NCBI RefSeq assembly: GCF_001194135.2
Contig: NC_068990.1
Location: forward strand, 92,046,036 to 92,087,711
Reading direction: 5' to 3'
From: Octopus bimaculoides
Lineage: Eukaryota
DNA length: 41,676 bases
The position numbers were made by a program, and so were the translations under genes. Positions 31,986 through 41,676 of this stretch are shown here, one piece after another. Numbering within the stretch: the stretch's first letter is position 1; each line of letters begins with the position of its first letter. The notes below the pieces were generated by a model. That model had not been told where the DNA came from and ran no database searches. It worked only from the letters and a program-made list of their open reading frames with translations.

Positions 31986-32089
31986 TGCCTGCATGGACAA
32001 TGGACGTTAAATGATGATGATGATGATGATGCTGTGTGTGTGTGGGGGGGGTTGTTTGTGTGTGTGTGGGGAGGTTGTTTGTGTTCATG

Positions 32090-32250
32090 TTCTGAGTTCA
32101 AATTCCGCCAAGGTCAGTTTTGCCTTTCATCTTTTTTTTTTGGTGGTGGTGGTGGTAGTGGGCGGGGTCGATAAAATAAGTACTGATTGAACAATGAGCT
32201 CAATGTAATTAACTTAACCCCTCCCCAGAAATTGCTGGCCTTGCGCTAAA
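32090..32250 (+). mobile_element. Family A SINE fragment with a T/(GGT)n insert
   Basis: TCTGAGTTCAAATTCCGCC...GGGGTCGATAAAATAAGTAC. Confidence 0.75.
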
Positions 32251-32884
32251 ATCTGAGACAGACAGACAGACAGATAGATAGGGAGAGGAAAGATAGCAGG
32301 GTAAGTGTATGTGTGTGTGTCTAATATATTTATATATGTACATATATCTGCTTATAAATATATATGCGTGTACGTATCTATGTATGTATATAGAGAGAGA
32401 AAAGAAGAGAGGAGATGTACATATACATATGCGTATGTATGTATGTGTGTGTGTATACGCGTATGTATGTGTATAAGTCAGTGTGACAAATAGTAATTTA
32501 TTTTTAGCCGTTTTTACCTACAGATAGATTAACACACTTCTGCAGAAGTAACAACAGTGCAGTTTAATTAATATTACTAATTATGTGCAGTTGCCATGGC
32601 AGTGACAGGATTAAAGTTACCTAGCCACACACACATATACACATATATACATACATGGTAACTAGACACACTTGAACCTCACAAGTCACTTGTCTAATCA
32701 GGGCACTTATTAACTGACAATATTTCGTGTCTGTTTAGTAAGGGGCTATGACCAGTGTGCATGAGAAATAAATGAATAGAAAGAATGAATCTGATTCTCC
32801 CCCTCTGAACCGAAACGTATACCACATTTCTAACAGAAGCAAACACTTTAACAAACTTATAAATGAATATCGTTGATCCCTTAC

Positions 32885-33056
32885 ATCAAAAGCTGGTTTC
32901 TCTTGAAGACGTTCCCATTTATTGCTGCCAGGAACTGTGTATATCACTGGACAGTATCCTTGGCTATAAAGTTTACCTTGACGGTTCATATTCATAATGT
33001 TGATTTTGATCAGTTGGCCAGGCAATCCCCCCTCTACACCAAAGTAGAACCAGGAT
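32885..33056 (-). CDS. AGBL5: AGBL5 exon (SWFYFGVEGGLPGQLIKINIMNMNRQGKLYSQG...WERLQEKPAFD)
   Basis: tctttgtag|A TCC...GAT|gtaagg; 172 nt, phase 2-0. Confidence 0.97.
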
Positions 33057-33188
33057 CTACAAAGAAATAAATAAAATAATTATTTTCGTGGTGTGGAGCA
33101 AGATCATAGAATTACAGAACTTTATTTCTATAATTATAATTCAGGGGCTAAGATTTGTAGGGTCAAGATTCCCAAACATTTATAAACA

Positions 33189-33422
33189 TTAATCCTTTTG
33201 CTATCATATTCCTGTCGAAGTGCATTGATTGCTTTTTGTTTCAATTAATTTGAAAAAAAACGAAGCATTTATTGTAATTACTTGGTTGTTATTAATCAGA
33301 TGTTTGAAACATAAATTAGCAATTTTAATGGGCAAGTTTAATTTAGAATACTTAAAAACAAGAAATTCTATATCACAGAACAAGGAGACAGTTTCAAGAT
33401 GATATGATATTAAAAGGGTTAA
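33189..33422. mobile_element. piggyBac-like MITE, same family in opposite orientation
   Basis: TTAATCCTTTTG ... AAAAGGGTTAA; internal similarity to 11066-11278. Confidence 0.65.
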
Positions 33423-33510
33423 TTCACAAGATTAATAATTAAACATTATGGAGATGTACTTGCATAGCAAGTGACCTGATCTGAGATCATGTGCTGAAAC
33501 AAAAACAATT

Positions 33511-33694
33511 GCAGAATCGTTAGCACGCCAGGCGAAATGCTAAGCGGTATTTTATCTGTCTTTACATTCTGAGTTCAAATTCTGCCATCCTTTCAGGGTC
33601 AATAAATTAAGTACCAGTTGCATACTGGGGTCGATCTAATCGACTGGCCCCCTCCCCTAAAATTTCAGGCCTTGTGCCTATAGTAGAAAAGATA

Positions 33695-33730
<36 letters not shown>

Positions 33731-33757
33731 GTTATTATTATTATTATTATTATTATT
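33511..33757 (+). mobile_element. Family A SINE with (ATT)n tail
   Basis: GCAGAATCGTTAGCACGCC head, B box, internal deletion, (ATT)n 33694-33757. Confidence 0.88.
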
Positions 33758-34048
33758 GTTCAGTAGTTTTATTTTTATAACGTGCTTTCACTTCACTACC
33801 GAGCGCAGCTATGTGCGCCTTGGGTATGTGCTGTGGTGCTCTTATGTTTACTGTATTGAAAGTGTTTTGCGTACAATGTGTGCAGTACCCAGTAGTGCAA
33901 TTTTCTGTATGTTATATATATTTGTAAGTCCTGGTGTTTTTGTTATGTATTTGTCTGAATATTTTTTTATTATACCTAAGGCACCTACTATGATAGGAAT
34001 TGTTTCTGTTTTTAGACTCCACATTCGAGTTATCTCTATTTCCAGGTC
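33757..34048 (-). mobile_element. 5'-truncated R4/Dong-clade non-LTR retrotransposon (RLE C-terminus plus 3' UTR)
   Basis: open 66 aa DLEIEITRMWSLKTETIPIIVGALG...IQKIALLGTAHIVRKTLSIQ* (34048-33848); (TAA)n on both sides. Confidence 0.85.
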
Positions 34049-34122
34049 TTATTATTATTATTATTATTATTATTACTGTTATTATTATTATTATTATATA
34101 ATGGGCTGCATAAATAACTAAC

Positions 34123-34225
34123 CTATTTCCATTTTCATATATGGTATTGGAACAGTCTGGTCTGGTCCAAACATTATATTCCAAATCAGGTTGGAGTTCC
34201 GCATTTCGGTTCACATTATTGGAAA
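34123..34225 (-). CDS. AGBL5: AGBL5 exon (VSNNVNRNAELQPDLEYNVWTRPDCSNTIYENGNR)
   Basis: cttctccag|TT...AATAG|gttagt; 103 nt, phase 1-2; EYNVWTRPDC..T.YENGNR motif. Confidence 0.96.
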
Positions 34226-34514
34226 CTGGAGAAGAAAACAAAACAAAACAAACAAAAAGACAAAAAGAAACAAAGCCATTAACAACAATGAAGTGTAATT
34301 CATCAAATGCGGAGATGTAAAACATTGCTGTTGTCTGTGCATCTGAAAGAGTGTCGTTGCACGACACAGCAGCCAATTGTTCAATCGTAATAAATCTACT
34401 CCAAGGTTATGTGTCCATACAGAGCAGCAGATAACAGGGATTTGTAAATCAGATTATCTTACTAAGTGATAGTCCACCACAAATCCTATTACACACACAC
34501 ACACACACATACAG

Positions 34515-34672
34515 GTATGGCTGTGTGGATAACAAGTTCACTTCACAACCATGTGACTTTAGGTTCAGTCCCACTGTATATAGCACCTTGGGCAAGTGTC
34601 TTCTATTATAGTTCAGGGCTGACTAAATCCTTGAGTGAATTTGGTTGGTGGAAACTGAAAAGAAACCCTGTT
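34515..34672 (+). mobile_element. Family C
   Basis: GGTATGGCTGTGTGG...GCACCTTGGGCAAGTGTCTTC. Confidence 0.8.
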
Positions 34673-34790
34673 GCATCATCATCATCATCATTTACCATCC
34701 ATCTTGGATGGTTTAATAGGATCTGTTGAGTTGGAGGACTGCATCAAGCTCTAATGCCTGTTTTGGCATGGTTTCTACAGCTGGATACCC
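34673..34790 (-). mobile_element. Family B fragment
   Basis: (CAT)n then GGCATGGTTTCTACAGCTGGAT. Confidence 0.7.
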
Positions 34791-35034
34791 TAATTAATTC
34801 CAACTGTTTTGCAGAGGTGATGATTGGCAGTACAGAAAGGGGAAGAACAGCAGAAAAAGAGATAGGAGAAGGATGAGAGAAAAGGGGGCAGAGTGTATGT
34901 GGTTGGGGGAAGGGAGATCAGTGAAAAATGTGAACGAGGAGAAATGATATTTAGAATTGAGGATGGCTGTAAAAGCAAGTATGAAACGTGTGTGTATGTG
35001 TCCGTGTGTGTGTGTGTATTCCTTTTCTCCTTAC

Positions 35035-35140
35035 CTGATGAACTGTCTTTGGTATCATCTTTATACACTCTCTCAACCTTAGCCAAGTTTCCAGAGTCAA
35101 AGTTTGATGTGAACAACAAACCACCGACACTGACTTCCAT
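35035..35140 (-). CDS. AGBL5: AGBL5/CCP5 first coding exon (MEVSVGGLLFTSNFDSGNLAKVERVYKDDTKDSSS); exon probably starts at 35154
   Basis: ATG at 35140; FTSNFDSGNL is the CCP N-terminal motif; donor G|gtaagg, phase 1; an acceptor AG at 35156-35155 implies an upstream non-coding exon. Confidence 0.95.
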
Positions 35141-35156
35141 CACCAACAACAACTCT

Positions 35157-35180
35157 GGAGAGAGAGAGAGAGATAGAGAT

Positions 35181-35216
<36 letters not shown>
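35157..35216. repeat. (AG)n microsatellite abutting the AGBL5 acceptor
   Basis: direct. Confidence 0.95.
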
Positions 35217-35792
35217 TCAGTAAATATGGCTTTTACTCATGGACATCTACAACATAAACAATAACATTGGTAATTAGAACAAATTACACAGGTGTCAATT
35301 TAAATACAGCAGACCATGGACTTCAGACTATGAGTATACAGTAGGCCAGGTACTATGTAGGAAAGTCAGTAATAATATATAGTAAGGCAGGTACTATATA
35401 GCAAAATCAGAGACAATTAATGGAAAATACTGAGAAAAAAATTTTATTGATTAAAATTGCACTTGGTTTCAAAGTGGGGAGGGAAAAACCCATGTAATGA
35501 TTAACTTGGGTTAAGAAAGGTAGAGAGGCAACTCTGAAGGTTAAATTAGTTTTCCTTGATATGAGGCATGTATAAGTGATCACCCTAAATGGTATGTCTG
35601 TGAGTCTTATTAAGATACCTCTGTGAAGCAAAGCTATATCAGTACTTGGTGACAGAGATATAAAGATTTCTGAGAGAATAAATATTGATAGATATAGAGG
35701 CTTTAAAAATATTGGTTGAGGTGCGGTGGGAGTGGAAGTGCTAATGTTTTAATCAGTTGAAAGACTTCAACTCATTGCAATGGTATATTAGC

Positions 35793-36060
35793 ATTTATTA
35801 CCTCTGCCTTAGCAACGGTGGAGGTGTTGTTTTCAGTCGTGCTTCTTTGTTTGTCTGTGGACAAGATATCTCAAGAGTCACTGGATGGATTTGGATGAAA
35901 CTTTCAGGATGTTTGGCCTTGAAACTGGCATGCACTGATTAGATTTTGGGTTCAATCTGGTACCAGACAAGGATTCTGGATTATTTTTCTTGTTTTTTTT
36001 TTACTTAATTTTTGAGAGCGGTCGGGTTCATTTTTAGTATTCTCGTTTGTGAGAGAAGTC
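35793..36060 (+). mobile_element. Non-autonomous element resembling HINE/DINE-1 (Helentron-associated)
   Basis: T-rich start, hairpin CCTCTGCC-8nt-GGTGGAGG (35801-35824), then GTTTGTCTG microsatellite seed. Confidence 0.4.
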
Positions 36061-36424
36061 AAATTAAATTCAGTCCATAAAAAAAAAACACTTCCTAATT
36101 TTAGTAGTGACCATCCCTACTGCATTGGTATACTCACATAGAGTTTAAATTTCCTTTTAGTATTTAAGCTTGAAGGGATGTCAGAAAGATTTGGCTTACA
36201 TAGAAGTTCCTTAATGACACAGACACTCACATCCACCATGGAAAGGTTTGCTCTCTCTCTCTCTCTGTGGTGGGGATATGTCCCTAGCAACAACAAGAGA
36301 TTGTCAATAAATTATATCAACCAGGTATTACAACTGTCACAGATGTTAACATGAACTATGACAAATTCTGTGAACACACAACCATACACATACAGGTACA
36401 CATACATATGCAAACATAAATCTT

Positions 36425-36715
36425 TTTATCTTTTACTTGTTTCAAGTCATTGGGGCGTGGCCAGGCTGCAGCACTGCCTCGAAGGGCTTTCCTAATGGTA
36501 GCAATTTTCTGTCTTCTTCTTTACTGGATCATCAGGCAACATGCCCTGCTTGAGGGGAATACAAGACTACACGGTTGACCCCCCCAGTCCTTGTTCTTTT
36601 CATAAGTTTGGCTCTTATATTCTATTGCCCTCTTTTGCCAAACTGCTAAGTTACAAGCACGTAAACAAACCAACACCGGTTGTCATGTGGTGGTGAGGGA
36701 CATACACAAGACACA
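36425..36715 (-). mobile_element. Family F tail, decayed, with an insert
   Basis: similar to 17250-17455. Confidence 0.6.
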
Positions 36716-37913
36716 CACTATACCCTCCCCTACATCCTTCAAGCCCCACACTAATAACAATGCCCAACTCTTCCTTTTCAGAATGTCCCCTTCCTTTCAC
36801 CACCCAAATTCCTCAATAAATTAAGTGGAATAATAATGACAATAATATCACAGGTCTTGAGAACTTGTCAAGAGCAAAGGGACAGACCCCCCCCCACCTT
36901 CTCAAAACAAACATCAACAAAATATTTAAAAAGATGGCTCAATAAAATAAAAGACAGGATGGTCACAGTTGGAACAGTTTTGAACAGGCCTGCCGACCCC
37001 AAAGTGAAACCACCACCACCACCGCCACCACCATCACTGCCACCACTGCCGCTGCCACCGCCACTGTCAAATAAGCAACTGTGACAAGATAACAGACACC
37101 ACTCTGCCTCTGCTGCGGTACTTGACATCTAAGTCGTTGGTAAGAATGTGTGAAAAGGTTTCAGTGCTGAAACAATCAGTTGAACACACTGTTCGCTAAT
37201 CACCAGGTAATACAACAGTGGAATGTTCTGGAAGCACCATAAAATAAATGACTCGGTTAAGGTGTGTGGGGAGGGTCTGCGCCATTTAAAGGCCACATTA
37301 TTTATTTTATTGATCCATGTCGTTTCTAACCTGAAACTAAGTATTCCCATCTGACTTGGAAAATATAAATGCAAGCTTTTTGGTGCAAATGGTTTTGTTA
37401 CACGGCGCCAGGTTTTACAATCCTGTAAATAATAATAATAATGGTATTTTTATATAAGCTTAAAGCTTATGGTGATCACCGTGCAATGACTAAGGAAAAT
37501 TGTCTAATAATGAGGAATATAAGGCCTTGACAGAAAAAAGTAGGCTTTCCCATCCGCATGGGAAATATTTTAAAGTGATTTGTATGTATAGAAATGGGTA
37601 GGTTGCAAGAGTGTGGGTGAGAAGCAAGTGTAATACATGGTAAGAGTGAAAGATGTATGCAGGTGGAAGAGTGATAATTTGGTGGCCCAGGAGGGTGGTC
37701 AATGTAAAATGTGGGTGGAGAAGACAGAATTAAGAATGAAGGAAAGCGAGATGGCTCACAGTAGTGAAAAAAACATAAATGGCGCCAGGGAAATGCTGGT
37801 GAAATATGCAGTTCTGTTTAGATTTAATTACAACAGCAGAATACAGCAGTTAGAAAGAAGATAGTGGGTGGTGGGGATATCTTGAGGAGGAAATTGGGGG
37901 AGGAGCCCACATA

Positions 37914-37916
<3 letters not shown>

Positions 37917-37969
<53 letters not shown>
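37917..37969. repeat. (AT)n microsatellite
   Basis: direct. Confidence 0.95.
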
Positions 37970-37976
<7 letters not shown>

Positions 37977-37999
37977 GCACATTGTATTTTCAGAAACAG

Positions 38000-38490
38000 T
38001 TTTGCAAGGATGGGCAGGTTTTCTCAAATGCTGCATATTGCCAATCATTCCAGCCATCTCCTCCATGAGGTTCAAAGTTCTGATATCAGCCCTTAGCATT
38101 TCATCTAATGTTTTCCTACGTCTCCCACTTTCACAGCCTCTACATTAAGTGACCAACACTTCTTTTATACAATCGTCCTCATCCATATGCACCAAACATC
38201 CACACCATTACAGTTTTCTTGCTTGTACCATACATCTGATACCTTTTATACCTAGTTTTTTTCTCTGAACATATTTGTACTTTGGTGTTTGTGCATATGC
38301 TGCACATCCAACAGAGCATGCTACTTGCATTTCTTTCTCAAACTCCTAACTTTCAAGACACGTGTCTCACTGCAATGCAGCATCACAGATGCAACACAAA
38401 CAACATACAATTTGCCATTCACTGTAAAGGAAAAGATCTTAATGACAGCAGTACAGCAGCTCCCTGAAACTGCTCTTAGCCTGGCTACTA
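38000..38490 (-). mobile_element. RTE-clade LINE 3' end, decayed
   Basis: frameshifted GKLYVVCVASVMLHCSET, REKL/GI.GI, W.G.V.MDED, MLRADIRTLNL segments typical of the RTE ORF2 C-terminus. Confidence 0.8.
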
Positions 38491-38495
38491 TATAG

Positions 38496-38529
<34 letters not shown>

Positions 38530-38558
38530 TTGTGTGTATGTACACACACACACACATG

Positions 38559-38600
<42 letters not shown>

Positions 38601-38607
38601 TGTATGT

Positions 38608-39144
38608 NNNNNNNNNNNNNNNNNNNNNNNNNNNNNNNNNNNNNNNNNNNNNNNNNNNNNNNNNNNNNNNNNNNNNNNNNNNNNNNNNNNNNNNNNNNNN
38701 NNNNNNNNNNNNNNNNNNNNNNNNNNNNNNNNNNNNNNNNNNNNNNNNNNNNNNNNNNNNNNNNNNNNNNNNNNNNNNNNNNNNNNNNNNNNNNNNNNNN
38801 NNNNNNNNNNNNNNNNNNNNNNNNNNNNNNNNNNNNNNNNNNNNNNNNNNNNNNNNNNNNNNNNNNNNNNNNNNNNNNNNNNNNNNNNNNNNNNNNNNNN
38901 NNNNNNNNNNNNNNNNNNNNNNNNNNNNNNNNNNNNNNNNNNNNNNNNNNNNNNNNNNNNNNNNNNNNNNNNNNNNNNNNNNNNNNNNNNNNNNNNNNNN
39001 NNNNNNNNNNNNNNNNNNNNNNNNNNNNNNNNNNNNNNNNNNNNNNNNNNNNNNNNNNNNNNNNNNNNNNNNNNNNNNNNNNNNNNNNNNNNNNNNNNNN
39101 NNNNNNNNNNNNNNNNNNNNNNNNNNNNNNNNNNNNNNNNNNNN
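38608..39144. other. Assembly gap (537 N)
   Basis: direct. Confidence 1.
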
Positions 39145-39485
39145 TCATCATCATCATCATCATCGTTTAACGTCCGCTTTCCATGCTAGCATGGGTTGGA
39201 CAATTTGACTGAGGACTGGCGAACCAGATGGCTACACCAGACTCCAATCTTATCTGGCAGAGTTTCTACAGCTGGATGCCCTTCCTAACACCAACCACAC
39301 CGAGAGTGTAGTGGGTGCTTTTACATGCCACCAGCACGAGGGCCAGTCTGGCGGTACTGGCAACGGCCACGCTCAAATGGTGTTTCTTACGTGCCACCTG
39401 CACAGGAGTATATCCAGCGGCACTGGCAACGACCTCGCTCGAATGATTTTCTAACGTGCCACAGCACAAGTGCCAGTAAGGCGAC
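39145..39485 (-). mobile_element. Family B, long modular copy
   Basis: three TGCCAC modules at 39326, 39392, 39457. Confidence 0.88.
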
Positions 39486-40609
39486 ATATGTATATATATA
39501 TGTATATAGTTACAACAGAGGATTTTCAGTTGGGAGGTGCTCAAACTGACATTTTGAACTTCCCAATACCCACAACAAAATTATTACTTTATAAATAATT
39601 GTAGTCATGCCTAGTACATGATGTGTGTGTGTGTGTGTGTGTGTGTGTTTCTTTGTTTCGACATCATGTGATGTTTGTAAGCAAGTGTTATAGTCATACT
39701 AGCACAATCATTCATTTCCAGTCTGCCATGAAAATATGTGTGGAAACAAGAGGGGGGGGGGTTGGCAACGGAAAGGGCTTCCAGCCACAGAAAAACCTAC
39801 CTAAATGATTTCCATCTGAACTATGCAAGCATGGGAAAATGAAAATTGGAATGATGGTGATGAACAATGATAATGATGGTGACCACACACACACACAAAC
39901 AGACAGTTATACATCTACACGAATAACAGGTAGGCAATCAATAAGATGGATACAGAAACAGTAAAATAGATTAGAAATGTAATTACAGAAACTATAAATA
40001 AATAAATACACACACACACACACATATGTATTTAGTGCCAACTGTTGGAAAAGTACTCCATATCATAGTAAGAGATTGGTAATACTTTTTCATTTCCATT
40101 GAGTCAGTCTCTTGCTCTGCTGGAGTTTTGCCTAGATTCACAGGACTATCAGGTCAGGCAGGACGCTGTAAATGCACAGGCGAAACTCCCGATGAGCAAC
40201 TGAGCGTGTATATGTGAGCAGCTGAGCATGTGTGTGTGTGAGTAGATATAGAGAAAAAAAGAAAGGATAGGGAGAGCCTGGGAGATGGTTTTTATGCAAA
40301 CATATATACATATAATTTATAGATTCTCTGTAGGCTTTGGTGATGTGTGTTCCAGTTATTCAATTAAACAAACCATCTCATTGACTCGTGATGTAAGTGG
40401 GTGAATATTCCAGAGACGTATGTCTCCTTAACATAAACTTTTAAGATGGAATCAACATGGCAGTGTATGACAGGACTGATCCTTTGAATTACAGGAACAG
40501 TCCGACAGACGGCCTTGACAATTTCTGACTGCTCAGTTTGACCGCTCAAGTGTGGGTGGGCAGACAGTTGGTTGAGTGGGTAGGGGAGCGGTTGGGTGTA
40601 CGGATATAA

Positions 40610-41160
40610 GGGTAAATAGATATATGATGATCGGCTGGTTTTGATGGATGGGAGGGGACGAGACAGACAGCTAGATAAACAAAACAATAGACAGACAGAT
40701 AGATCGATAGAGAGAGACAGAGAGAGAGAGATAGATAGACAGATAGAAGGACGAATAGAATGATTAGATAAATAGGTGGATAAATAGTTAGGCAGATAGA
40801 AACCATCTCTGTAGCTATCTACTTATTGATCTCTCCTGTCTGCCTATGTATCCGAGTTTGTTTATCCATTTATCTATCTGTCAGTCTCTCTGTCTATCTA
40901 TCTAACTATCTATCAAACCCTGTCTTTCAGTATCTATCTTCTAGCCATCTGTCTATCCATTTATTGGTCTGTCTATCTCTATTTGTCAACATATCTATAT
41001 CTGTCTATTTATCTATCCGTCTGCTGTGTGTGCCTAATCCATTTATCGATCCATCTGTCAGTTTGCTTGTCCGTCGACCTGCCTGTCTGCCTTTCTATCT
41101 ATCTATCTACCTGTCTATCTACCTGTCTATCTATCTGTCTGTCTATCCGCCCATCTACCT
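40610..41160. repeat. Degenerate (GATA/GACA)n block followed by an inverted (TATC/TGTC)n block
   Basis: direct. Confidence 0.85.
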
Positions 41161-41639
41161 CTAAGTATCCATAGTAGTTGCACAGGAGTAGTTAGCAGAA
41201 AGAACACCCATACACCACATTCCTTCACATGCTAGAAAGGCTCCCTAGAAGTAATTGATAGCTTTTGTTACATAGGTGGTCTGATTTGCTAGTAGGGTGG
41301 ATGCTCCGAAAGAATAACAACCAGAGAGAGAACGGGGTGGAAAAAGCTCAGGGAGCTGTTGGTGGCAAGGGAGTCCTCCCTCTCTCTCTCTGAGTAACCT
41401 CAAGAGTAGGTTGTTTGATGTATGAGTTTGAAGAGTCATGTTGCTCAACAACAAAACGTAAGCCAAGTAGAAGGAACCTGTAGACATGAAGATATAGGTG
41501 AAAACCGAACTCAAGAAGCTAAGCTTCACGACGGTAATGACAAAGTATTGCAACAGATGTCGAGGCAATGATGGGCATGAGAAGAAAAAAATCAACTACC
41601 ATGTAATCATGTTGAAACAAAAATTACATATAGACATAC

Positions 41640-41676
<37 letters not shown>

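Noticed and set aside
41250-41590. Coding-looking segment with CNRC...GH
   Set aside because: Short frames, incomplete zinc knuckle, no consistent splice pair.

Overview
Eukaryotic, AT-rich, microsatellite- and SINE-dense genomic DNA with five N gaps. The repeat landscape suggests a coleoid cephalopod, probably Octopus (inference). Two spliced genes converge tail-to-tail. On +, the last 11 coding exons of IFT56/TTC26 (566-10534; 5' part outside the window). On -, AGBL5/CCP5, a cytosolic M14 tubulin deglutamylase (ATG at 35140). AGBL5 has 8 conserved exons with all catalytic motifs, one expected exon missing (probably in gap 23873-24382), and a Ser/Lys/Arg-rich tail whose last exons are uncertain. 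Introns hold several SINE families, piggyBac-like MITEs, Tc1 and mariner fossils, and R4/Dong, RTE and L1/Tx1 LINE fragments. Most notable: a tRNA-headed repeat carrying a minimal type I hammerhead ribozyme motif, inserted as fold-back structures (three decayed motif copies), plus two unrelated hammerhead-like motifs. Exon boundaries and phases were read by hand; orthologue comparisons are from memory; repeat boundaries are approximate. Family labels A-G are my own working names.
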